The position numbers and the translations under genes are program-made. Below are positions 1-6,980 of a stretch of 58,431 bases of DNA, piece after piece (within the stretch, counting starts at the first letter, position 1; each line of letters starts with the position of its first letter). The stretch covers positions 1 to 58,431 of the IMG/VR virus record IMGVR_UViG_3300021425_000043; one strand, given 5' to 3'. This stretch comes from a virus (Duplodnaviria > Caudoviricetes). Below the pieces are notes generated by a model that was given only the letters and a program-made list of their open reading frames with translations, did not search any database and was not told the DNA's origin.

Positions 1-2
1 TC

Positions 3-395
3 AATAGCCATGCACTCAACAATAGTTGGGTCATCGCATGGCACGTCAAGTCTTAACTCATCGTAATAACATAAGAACTTAGGTACATCGGTTGGTGGAC
101 AAATAAGCTGATAAGATAACTTAGTAGCATATTGATTACCGTCAGGATCATTATCAGATTCTACAACTTCTGATCTAAGCCTGATGTAATCAATAGTTTG
201 AACAGGCATAGTCCTGTCCCAAATGTCTTTGAACATTTTTTTAGTCTTTTCAACTTTGTCAACAATGCCTAGCCTTTGCATAACAGAGTACCCATCGTCT
301 GGGTACTCTTTTTTAGGATTAGCATTGTCAAACTTTTTACGAGCAGCATCTTTGATGTCTTCTTGTAATTGTGCAGATAATCTAACTGTTTTCAT
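3..395 (-). CDS. hypothetical early protein, truncated by window start
   Basis: Not in ORF track; ATG at 395 with AGGAGG RBS just after the AAA gene stop; open frame MKTVRLSAQLQEDIKDAARKKF... runs off the window edge. Confidence 0.75.
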   Translation of the reverse strand, partial: MKTVRLSAQLQEDIKDAARKKFDNANPKKEYPDDGYSVMQRLGIVDKVEKTKKMFKDIWDRTMPVQTIDYIRLRSEVVESDNDPDGNQYATKLSYQLICPPTDVPKFLCYYDELRLDVPCDDPTIVECMAI

Positions 396-403
396 ATAAC
401 CTC

Positions 404-1420
404 CTATAAAACAACGTTAGCGTTGTCAACGATCCACTTACGCACATCGTTGTGTGATTTGAGTTGTCTGTCTTTGGCCAAACAACCTTTAACTAAGACA
501 ACTTGAAACTCAACTGGTAACTTGTTGTTTAGCTTCATAATGTTTTCCATCATGTCATCCTGTGCTCTAGTAGCTACAGCAGTAGCAAGAGCGTACAACA
601 ACGCTGGGTTGTCGTCTTTCTTGTATGTTGATGGGTCTTTGAGCAACTGATCAATATCTGGTAGCTTGTTTGCAATTTCTTTGAATGCAATAAACTCACC
701 AGCTGGCCCATCACCGACTAGTGATGACACACCAAAGAACAAACGTTCTGGATCTGTGTTTGCCCTGGATAGCTTTTTGCTGACCATTGACCAAGCACGT
801 GGCGTTGGGAATGCATATTCGTCAGCGTCAAACTGTGATAACAGATTAGGTCTGTACTGTATGAACGAGATAACATCTGGGTCGATGTTGTGCTGATAAG
901 CCCACTGCACCCAATCGTCGAGTGTTGGCTCGAGCTCGTAATGTGCAAGTCTGTTACGTACAGGCGATGGCATCTGATAAACAGCTGCTGCATCGGTAAG
1001 TCTGTTGCCGGCACAGATGATTTGCCAACCGGCAGGCAATCTGTATTCACCAATTTGTTTTGTTAGTAACAGTTGTAAGAATGCGTTTTGCGTTGCTGGC
1101 GGTGCAGTTGGTAGCTCGTCGATGAAGAGCAAGCCACGTTCACCGTCGCGTTCAGCGATTGGGAAGACATCAGGCACAGCCCATGATGTAAACCGTTTAC
1201 CGGTTTCTTTGAGCTGTTTAATGTATGGAATACCACGTACATCGACAGGGTCGAACAAGTTAGCACGAAAATCGATGAGCGGAACGCCCATCTCATCGGC
1301 AACTTGTCTTGGTATTTCTGATTTACCAATGCCTGGCCCACCCCATATCATTGCAGGGTAGCCGGCATTGATGCAATCAGTTAGTTCTTGTTTAAGTTTT
1401 ACTGGATTAATTGTGTGCAT
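404..1420 (-). CDS. MoxR-like AAA+ ATPase
   Basis: Walker A GGPGIGKS, Walker B LLFIDE, CAGN sensor, 'SPVRNR' arginine finger; AGGAGG RBS. Confidence 0.85.
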   Translation of the reverse strand: MHTINPVKLKQELTDCINAGYPAMIWGGPGIGKSEIPRQVADEMGVPLIDFRANLFDPVDVRGIPYIKQLKETGKRFTSWAVPDVFPIAERDGERGLLFIDELPTAPPATQNAFLQLLLTKQIGEYRLPAGWQIICAGNRLTDAAAVYQMPSPVRNRLAHYELEPTLDDWVQWAYQHNIDPDVISFIQYRPNLLSQFDADEYAFPTPRAWSMVSKKLSRANTDPERLFFGVSSLVGDGPAGEFIAFKEIANKLPDIDQLLKDPSTYKKDDNPALLYALATAVATRAQDDMMENIMKLNNKLPVEFQVVLVKGCLAKDRQLKSHNDVRKWIVDNANVVL

Positions 1421-1435
1421 ATTTACCTCCTAAAA

Positions 1436-1873
1436 TTACCACGAACAGTCGTACCAGACCTTTTTGCCTTCATCAAGCCACTTGAGTGCTTGCTTACAGA
1501 ACTTAAGGTCGAGTTCTTTATACTCTTTCATTGATTCTTCTTGGAACTGTTGTCCCCAAAAGAATCCGTCTGGGCAGAAAGGCAAGTCATCATTTTCAAC
1601 AAGTTCTTGTAATCTAACGATGTCTTCACGTTCTAAAAACATAACTTCAGCATAGTCATGTTTGCCATCCATATGAAGTCCTTGCATGTATTTGCCTTCT
1701 TTACCAAATTTTCTTTCACGCCATAATCTTTGCATGTATTCTTGCAGTCTGGCATGTTTACGCCAATAAAATTCATCACCGCCTTGTAATGTTTCGTAAA
1801 AGGCATCGCTGTTAATTGGTTCTACATTCTCAGGTTGTGGCTCCTGAAAGCCTGCGTAAGCATCTAATCCCAT
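1436..1873 (-). CDS. conserved phage hypothetical protein (MGLD.../YWRK type)
   Basis: 145 aa ORF with AGGAGG RBS; N-terminal MGLDAY, YWRKH and terminal Y..SW pattern common in phage proteins. Confidence 0.7.
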   Translation of the reverse strand: MGLDAYAGFQEPQPENVEPINSDAFYETLQGGDEFYWRKHARLQEYMQRLWRERKFGKEGKYMQGLHMDGKHDYAEVMFLEREDIVRLQELVENDDLPFCPDGFFWGQQFQEESMKEYKELDLKFCKQALKWLDEGKKVWYDCSW

Positions 1874-1896
1874 AATTACCTCCTTGGAATAAAATT

Positions 1897-1920
1897 AAAA
1901 AAGGGGAGCCGAAGCCCCCC
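1897..1920 (-). terminator. rho-independent terminator
   Basis: Minus strand GGGGGGC-TTCG-GCTCCCC followed by TTTTTT, right after the stop at 1927. Confidence 0.85.
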
Positions 1921-1926
1921 GTTAGT

Positions 1927-2706
1927 TTAGGCTGAAGCAAACATGTTTGTAGTATGTTCTTTAGTAGCCTGGTTTAGCTCAGTTGCAACTTTGACAGAAG
2001 AATCAGCGTGATTCTTGAAGTTCCACTCAGCTAGTCGCTGTTGACGTCTTTCGATCTCATTTCTGACACGAACATCTTTTAGAGACAGATCGTGCAATCC
2101 GAATGATTCACCGATAAGACCAACAACAGCTGACAACATACGAGCTTTGCGACCGAGACCGAACATCTTCTCCTCACGCTCAACCAACCATACTGGTAAG
2201 TCATCGTTTGGATTAGCTGATTCAGTTTCTTCTTTGTACTCGTACGCAATAGACGCGAACTCTGCCCAAGTCCTGGTTGTCAACTGTAAGAAGTTGATAC
2301 CTGTTGATTGTGGGTCAGTCTCAAGCAATGGCATAAGACCGTCTGCAATCTGTTGAACTTGTTGAAGATAATAATCTTCTTCTTTTTTACGAAGTCCACT
2401 GTCTTCAGTGTTAAATACCATAGGTGTATTCTTTTTAGACTTGAATACTTCCATAATACCTTCTACTCTTGATGGCTGAGCAATTGGCTTGCCTTCGCCG
2501 TCAATAGAATATTTTCTGTAGTAAAAGTCAGGCAGATGCACAGGGTCCTGTGTTGCCCTGAGTTCACTACCAACTGGGTCACCGTTGGTGTCTGGTTTCC
2601 ATGCAGACTCTGGTGTTTTTTGGTCAGGCAGGAGCTCGCCTGTCTCACCGTTAGCCATGTCTACTATTTCTGGACCTAAGTCCGATGGGTCAAAATGATT
2701 TGCCAT
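1927..2706 (-). CDS. hypothetical protein
   Basis: ORF track 1927..2766; likely start MANHF at 2706 preceded by AGGAGG. Confidence 0.7.
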   Translation of the reverse strand: MANHFDPSDLGPEIVDMANGETGELLPDQKTPESAWKPDTNGDPVGSELRATQDPVHLPDFYYRKYSIDGEGKPIAQPSRVEGIMEVFKSKKNTPMVFNTEDSGLRKKEEDYYLQQVQQIADGLMPLLETDPQSTGINFLQLTTRTWAEFASIAYEYKEETESANPNDDLPVWLVEREEKMFGLGRKARMLSAVVGLIGESFGLHDLSLKDVRVRNEIERRQQRLAEWNFKNHADSSVKVATELNQATKEHTTNMFASA

Positions 2707-2851
2707 AATTACCTCCTTGGTTGGCGTTGATATCAACTCTTCTGATGAACTGCTTAAGCACCTCACCAGAAGACATAAATTCAGCTTGCGATTGTATTTC
2801 GCTTGCTTCGGCTTTTTCTAGCACCTCGTTGGGTACATGTACTTCTTCCAT
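2690..2851 (-). CDS. small hypothetical protein (53 aa)
   Basis: Read by hand: MEEVHVPNEVLEKAEASEIQ...; AAGGAGG RBS; overlaps start of next gene. Confidence 0.6.
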   Translation of the reverse strand: MEEVHVPNEVLEKAEASEIQSQAEFMSSGEVLKQFIRRVDINANQGGNYGKSF

Positions 2852-2961
2852 ACAAACCTCCTTGTAATAATAATGAAATACATTCTACTTACTAACTCGC
2901 ATGAGACATTTGTAATGGATCATGCACATATAAAGAGCCAGCACATTGTGCTGACCTTTTT

Positions 2962-2995
2962 AAAAAAGAAAAAAAGCTCGGCTTTTCATCCGAGC
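2962..2995 (-). terminator. probable rho-independent terminator
   Basis: GCTCGG/CCGAGC stem (2976-2995) followed on minus strand by a long T tract. Confidence 0.6.
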
Positions 2996-3110
2996 ATGTG
3001 CTTTTCGTAACAACCGCCCCGAGCTTTAATACGTCCTCGGGGTGACGTTGTGAGTGCTGGGTAGTCTCAAAGGACGTTCTGTATATTCCCCCAGATTCAC
3101 TCGTTGCCAA

Positions 3111-3326
3111 CTAAGCTACTGCTGTTGCTGGCTGTTCAACTGACTGAGCTTTTGGCTCAATCAGTCTTTTGAAGACTTTCACTTGGTTGCCGTCACTGTC
3201 CAATGGAACAGCTACGTCAAAGTGTAGAGTCTCGCTACCATCTTTGTTGGTAGTTGCAATTCCGATTTCTCTACTTCTAGATTTACCGTCTTTGCCTGCT
3301 TTTAAAATGTATAATGAATACAACAT
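3111..3326 (-). CDS. small hypothetical protein, possibly nucleic-acid binding
   Basis: 71 aa, AGGAGG RBS, beta-rich 'REIGIATTNKDGS..LHFD' pattern. Confidence 0.65.
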   Translation of the reverse strand: MLYSLYILKAGKDGKSRSREIGIATTNKDGSETLHFDVAVPLDSDGNQVKVFKRLIEPKAQSVEQPATAVA

Positions 3327-3394
3327 AATTTACCTCCTAGGTAAGTAATAATTAATGAGTCGATACACCCGTACCAACTTCATATAAATACACA

Positions 3395-3427
3395 CTAGCG
3401 CAGGACATCTATGATGGCCCGCGCCAG
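3395..3427 (-). promoter_or_regulatory. conserved hairpin motif copy 1 (CCATC-AWA-GATG...GCTAGT)
   Basis: Imperfect inverted repeat upstream of gene ending at 3326; two more copies at 4192 and 4866. Confidence 0.7.
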
Positions 3428-3439
3428 AGCGCTGTGCTA

Positions 3440-3967
3440 CTACTTGGAGATTGTTCTCCAAGTAATGTTGTAGCGTGTTTTGTTTTCCAGCGGTGTTGAT
3501 ACGCCGTGCGCGAGTTGGTTAAAGAACTCGCGATTGCCAATGATTAGCTCTCCGTTGTGGAGAGTAATCTTGTCGGCGGTGTAATCAAACACTGCTGGGG
3601 CTCCGAGGCTTAAAGATGCGATAGAGCCTTTGAGCTCTTTTTCGTCGTCTTTGTGTTTGTTGAGCTTTTGTCCTGGTTTATATTGATTAATAAGAACGTG
3701 GTTAAAGCTTTCGCCTGTTGTTTTGTTGAGCCAAGTAGTCAAAAGCTTAACTTTTGGTGTGTAGCCGGTGGCTATATGTGAACGGCCAGAGTAAATGTAG
3801 TTTAATCCGCGTTCGCCAAGCCAAGCTGTGCCTCTGCCGAATTCTTGTGTGAAGCTGAGCTGTTGCAGTTCAACAAGCAGAGGAGAAGCAAACTCAGGCT
3901 TGAGGGTCTGAGTTGCTTTTCGTAGTTGTGCTCCTGTGTTGTTAGTGTAAAGTGTTTCAAAATTCAT
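3440..3967 (-). CDS. AlkB-family 2OG-Fe(II) dioxygenase
   Basis: FNHVLINQY, HKD (HxD), IASLSLG, distal HGV and RYNITWR motifs of AlkB/ALKBH-like enzymes. Confidence 0.85.
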   Translation of the reverse strand: MNFETLYTNNTGAQLRKATQTLKPEFASPLLVELQQLSFTQEFGRGTAWLGERGLNYIYSGRSHIATGYTPKVKLLTTWLNKTTGESFNHVLINQYKPGQKLNKHKDDEKELKGSIASLSLGAPAVFDYTADKITLHNGELIIGNREFFNQLAHGVSTPLENKTRYNITWRTISK

Positions 3968-3977
3968 TTGTTTCTCC

Positions 3978-4151
3978 TTAATTAAATTTAACTCCCAATT
4001 TCAACTTAACAGTTAACTGTTCAATAAGCTGTGATTGTTCGTTTACTTGTTTTTCTAATTCTTGAATTTGTTTAGATGCTTCGTCTAGAATTGCAATTGC
4101 TTTGTCTTCCAATTCTTTTCGTATTCTTTGTTGTTCTAATAGTTTGTTCAT
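3978..4151 (-). CDS. small coiled-coil protein (57 aa)
   Basis: Read by hand: MNKLLEQQRIRKELEDKAIAILDEASKQIQELEKQVNEQSQLIEQL...; AGGAG RBS. Confidence 0.7.
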   Translation of the reverse strand: MNKLLEQQRIRKELEDKAIAILDEASKQIQELEKQVNEQSQLIEQLTVKLKLGVKFN

Positions 4152-4191
4152 AACAATCTCCTAATATGAATTAATAATACTCCTGTACATA

Positions 4192-4224
4192 CTAGCGATA
4201 GGGCATCTATGATGGCCATCGCTG
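4192..4224 (-). promoter_or_regulatory. conserved hairpin motif copy 2
   Basis: Plus strand AGCGAT-A-GG-G-CATC-TAT-GATG-G-CC-ATCGCT, upstream of gene starting at 4151. Confidence 0.7.
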
Positions 4225-4229
4225 ATATT

Positions 4230-4515
4230 TGGTTCCACTGGTTCCACTTGGTTCCACGAGTCATGGAACACAAAAAAGGTGATAACGATGCGTAGTTAGA
4301 GGTTTGGTTCCACTGGTTCCACTTGTTTTAGGTTAAGTTAATCTTTATTCATTAACCGTTGTCCGTGGTCCGTTACAAAACTAGGTTTTGTTTTACGCGG
4401 AACCACGGAACCACAAGTGTTGCAGATGCACACAAACACGCATTGCTATGCATATTTTGTATGGTTCCACGACTTGGTTCCACATCGGCATATTCCCGTG
4501 GAACACAAGGAACCA
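4230..4515. repeat. array of short TGGTTCCAC/GGAAC repeats in both orientations
   Basis: TGGTTCCAC at 4230, 4239, 4249, 4305, 4314, 4462, 4475; inverted GGAAC(CA) copies near 4265, 4399, 4407, 4500, 4509. Confidence 0.85.
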
Positions 4516-4574
4516 AAAATATATAACAATAATGCAAGTCGCAACTCGACATTGCACATTGATGATAGTAGTTA

Positions 4575-4604
4575 AATAAAAAAAGAAGGGGGCTGGACAC
4601 CCCC
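4575..4604 (-). terminator. probable rho-independent terminator
   Basis: GGGGG-N7-CCCCC then TTCTTTTTTT on minus strand after the stop at 4612. Confidence 0.65.
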
Positions 4605-4611
4605 ATTGATG

Positions 4612-4821
4612 CTAGGACTTAGCTTTGAGTTCAAGCTCTAATTGCTTAGGCTTTCTATTAGATATATAACCCTGTGCCATGGCTGAGCCATATTTGACAG
4701 TGGTTTGTTTTACAGAATCGATACCAGACTTAAGAGAAGAAGTGGATAAAGAATCGACACCGTTGTGAACTGACGCGGTCATTGAACCAAGGCCAGTGAA
4801 TAGTTTTGTCATGTAGTTCAT
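4612..4821 (-). CDS. hypothetical protein, first gene of the minus arm
   Basis: 69 aa ORF, AAGGAG RBS, terminator downstream. Confidence 0.65.
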   Translation of the reverse strand: MNYMTKLFTGLGSMTASVHNGVDSLSTSSLKSGIDSVKQTTVKYGSAMAQGYISNRKPKQLELELKAKS

Positions 4822-4865
4822 AATTTACTCCTTATATAAATGAATTAATAACACCCTAATACATA

Positions 4866-4896
4866 CTAGCTTTGTACATCTTTGATGGACACAGCT
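4866..4896 (-). promoter_or_regulatory. conserved hairpin motif copy 3
   Basis: Plus strand AGCT-T-TGT-A-CATC-TTT-GATG-G-ACA-C-AGCT, upstream of gene starting at 4821. Confidence 0.7.
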
Positions 4897-5026
4897 TTTT
4901 TCAATACAAGGTTCCAAGTAGTAAAATGACAGTTAGTTTCTGAGATTTGGAAAGGGGGGGAAGGGGGTCTGTGGTGATAGTAGTAACCGATGTCAGAGCG
5001 ATACTCACACATTTTTTCAAAAAAAT

Positions 5027-5070
5027 TTTTCCACAAAAAATTTACAAGTTATCCACAAATAAGATATGCT
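5027..5070 (+). promoter_or_regulatory. putative sigma70 promoter of terS with two DnaA-box-like 9-mers
   Basis: TTTACA (5041)-18 nt-TATGCT (5065); TTTTCCACA at 5027 and TTATCCACA at 5049. Confidence 0.5.
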
Positions 5071-5077
5071 TACGAGT

Positions 5078-5599
5078 ATGAGCTTAGTTGCAGATCAATC
5101 GACCACGGTCACCGAACAAGATAGATTGGAACTCCAATCACATTTTCCGTACGCGGGTGTAAAGTTATCCGAGCTTTCGGTTCAAGAAGAAAGATTAATT
5201 TTGTATTTTTTACGTGGCATGAGCAAAGCGGCAGCGGGCCGTGCGGCGGGGTACAGGAACCAAGATTCCGTGTACGAAGCTTTTAAGCGACCAAAGATTA
5301 TGCAGGCCATCGAGTATCTAAGAGAAGAGATGCGCGAAGAGGTTAGGTTCGATAAAAATACCGCGACCCAATTATATTTAGAAGCACATCGTAAATCAGC
5401 AACCGCGACTGAAGAAAAAAATGTCGTAGATTCGTTGTGCAAGCTCCACGGTCTATTCGCTCCAGAGCAAGCAACCCAAGTTAATATTAATTTAGATAAA
5501 ATCCAGCAACTAGAAAGACTGTCCGATTCTGAGTTGTTAAAGTTAGCTGGAGTAGATACAAAGTACCTAGAACCCCAAGGAGAAAATAATGGCGAATGA
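5078..5599 (+). CDS. terS: terminase small subunit
   Basis: HTH-like 'GMSKAAAGRAAGY', 'LCKLHGLF' C-terminal pattern, first gene of packaging arm upstream of terL; start 5066 or 5078. Confidence 0.7.
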   Translation: MSLVADQSTTVTEQDRLELQSHFPYAGVKLSELSVQEERLILYFLRGMSKAAAGRAAGYRNQDSVYEAFKRPKIMQAIEYLREEMREEVRFDKNTATQLYLEAHRKSATATEEKNVVDSLCKLHGLFAPEQATQVNINLDKIQQLERLSDSELLKLAGVDTKYLEPQGENNGE

Positions 5600-5747
5600 A
5601 AAATATATGCAAGCTACTAAAGCTCGTAGGAAAAAAAGAAAAGTTTCAAAAATGAAAAAATTTCCAGATTATTCTGGAGATGGTAAGATCACAAGAAGAG
5701 ATATTCTTATGGGCATAGGAGTTCTTCCAAAAAAGAGAGGTAAATAA
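5589..5747 (+). CDS. small basic protein with DxSGDGKITxxD (EF-hand/dockerin-like) loop
   Basis: Read by hand, 52 aa: MANEKYMQATKARRKKRKVSKMKKFPDYSGDGKITRRDILMGIGVLPKKRGK; AGGAG RBS. Confidence 0.7.
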   Translation: MANEKYMQATKARRKKRKVSKMKKFPDYSGDGKITRRDILMGIGVLPKKRGK

Positions 5748-5845
5748 TGCATTGTATAAACGCACCGGTAAAAAAGATGTCTATGAAAAAAGGCAAGAAA
5801 AAGAAAGGCTACTCTAAGAAAAGTTATAAAGGCGGTAAGAAATAA
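5747..5845 (+). CDS. tiny Lys-rich protein (32 aa)
   Basis: MHCINAPVKKMSMKKGKKKKGYSKKSYKGGKK; TAATG coupling at both ends. Confidence 0.6.
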   Translation: MHCINAPVKKMSMKKGKKKKGYSKKSYKGGKK

Positions 5846-6108
5846 TGGGCACACATAACAAAAAGAAAACTTTTAAACCTGCCGATGCTATAGGATACGA
5901 TGATAATAACGTAAGTAAGGTTAACACTACCTCGTTTGCAAATACTATTATCCCCGGAACAAAAAAAGGGGTTACTAAAGAGCAAAATTTTGATGCAGCC
6001 TTTAAAAAAGCTAGAAAAGAACTAGGCCCAAATAAAGAGTTTATGTATAAATTAAAAGATGATCCTAATTTTAAAAAATATACTACTAATTATAAAAAGG
6101 AAAAATAA
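5845..6108 (+). CDS. basic hypothetical protein
   Basis: 87 aa, TAATG coupling on both sides. Confidence 0.7.
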   Translation: MGTHNKKKTFKPADAIGYDDNNVSKVNTTSFANTIIPGTKKGVTKEQNFDAAFKKARKELGPNKEFMYKLKDDPNFKKYTTNYKKEK

Positions 6109-6290
6109 TGCCTAGGAAAAAAACTACCAGGAAAAAAACTAGTAAAAGAAAAGGCGCAACACCCACTAACCCAAGCTTATACGCTAGAGTAAAAGCAGAA
6201 GCTAAACGGAAGTTTAAGGTCTATCCTTCGGCATACGCCAACGGTTGGTTAGTAAGAACCTATAAAAAGCGTGGCGGTGGGTATAGGTAA
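6108..6290 (+). CDS. small basic phage protein
   Basis: 60 aa, 'KVYPSAYANGWLVRTYKKRGG' motif; translational coupling. Confidence 0.7.
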   Translation: MPRKKTTRKKTSKRKGATPTNPSLYARVKAEAKRKFKVYPSAYANGWLVRTYKKRGGGYR

Positions 6291-6610
6291 TGGCTAAGCC
6301 TACCGGTGGCCTAACCGCATGGTTTGGCAAAGGACCAAAAGGTGATTGGGTCGATATCGGTGCCCCTAAGAAAAAAGGTAAATACCAATCTTGCGGTAGG
6401 AAATCTGCAAAAGGTAAAAGTAAACGTAAATATCCAAAGTGCGTTCCAAGATCAAAAGCTCGGACTATGACTGCAGCGCAAAAACGAAGCGCAGTTACAA
6501 GAAAAAGAGCAGCGGGTAATCCAGGCGGGAAGCCTCGTAACGTAAAAACTATAGTTAGGAAGAGAAAACCAACTACAAGAAGGAGGACTCGTGCCAAGAA
6601 AAAGAAGTAA
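6290..6610 (+). CDS. small basic phage protein
   Basis: 106 aa, 'GL..WF...WVDI...CGR...YPKCVP' pattern, Arg/Lys-rich tail. Confidence 0.7.
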   Translation: MAKPTGGLTAWFGKGPKGDWVDIGAPKKKGKYQSCGRKSAKGKSKRKYPKCVPRSKARTMTAAQKRSAVTRKRAAGNPGGKPRNVKTIVRKRKPTTRRRTRAKKKK

Positions 6611-6875
6611 AATGCCTGCGAGGAATAAAAAGAACTTTAGGGCAACTAAAAAGGGTGCTGGGATGACTAAAGCTGGGGTAAAAGCCTACAGAAGAATGAA
6701 CCCAGGGTCTAAATTAAAGACCGCAGTAACAGGAAAAGTTAAAAAAGGCTCAAAAGCAGCAAAAAGACGTAAATCTTTCTGCGCTAGAAGTGCGGGGCAG
6801 ATGAAAAAGTTCCCAAAAGCAGCAAAAAATCCAAATTCAAGGCTAAGACAAGCCCGTAGAAGATGGAAATGTTAA
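6591..6875 (+). CDS. small basic phage protein
   Basis: 94 aa, 'RRKSFCARS.G...PNSR...ARRRWKC' pattern; AGGAGG RBS before GTG. Confidence 0.7.
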   Translation: MPRKRSKMPARNKKNFRATKKGAGMTKAGVKAYRRMNPGSKLKTAVTGKVKKGSKAAKRRKSFCARSAGQMKKFPKAAKNPNSRLRQARRRWKC

Positions 6876-6890
6876 TAAAAGGAGAAGAAA

Positions 6891-6980
6891 ATGGGATACG
6901 CAGGTATGTACAAAAAATCGTCACCAAAAAAAGCTAAAAAAGCTAAGAAAAAAACAGCAAAGAAAAGCAAGAAAAAGTAA
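6891..6980 (+). CDS. tiny Lys-rich protein (29 aa)
   Basis: MGYAGMYKKSSPKKAKKAKKKTAKKSKKK; AAGGAG RBS; stop abuts terL GTG. Confidence 0.65.
   Translation: MGYAGMYKKSSPKKAKKAKKKTAKKSKKK

Noticed and set aside
2892-3110. 72-aa minus-strand ORF
   Set aside because: TTG start without RBS and runs through hairpins and a terminator
4230-4515. Possible CRISPR array
   Set aside because: Repeats are only 7-9 bp, irregularly spaced and in both orientations; no spacer periodicity and no cas operon
4373-4606. ORFs 4373-4606 (-) and 4388-4579 (+)
   Set aside because: Overlap the repeat array and a terminator, lack an RBS and have implausible composition
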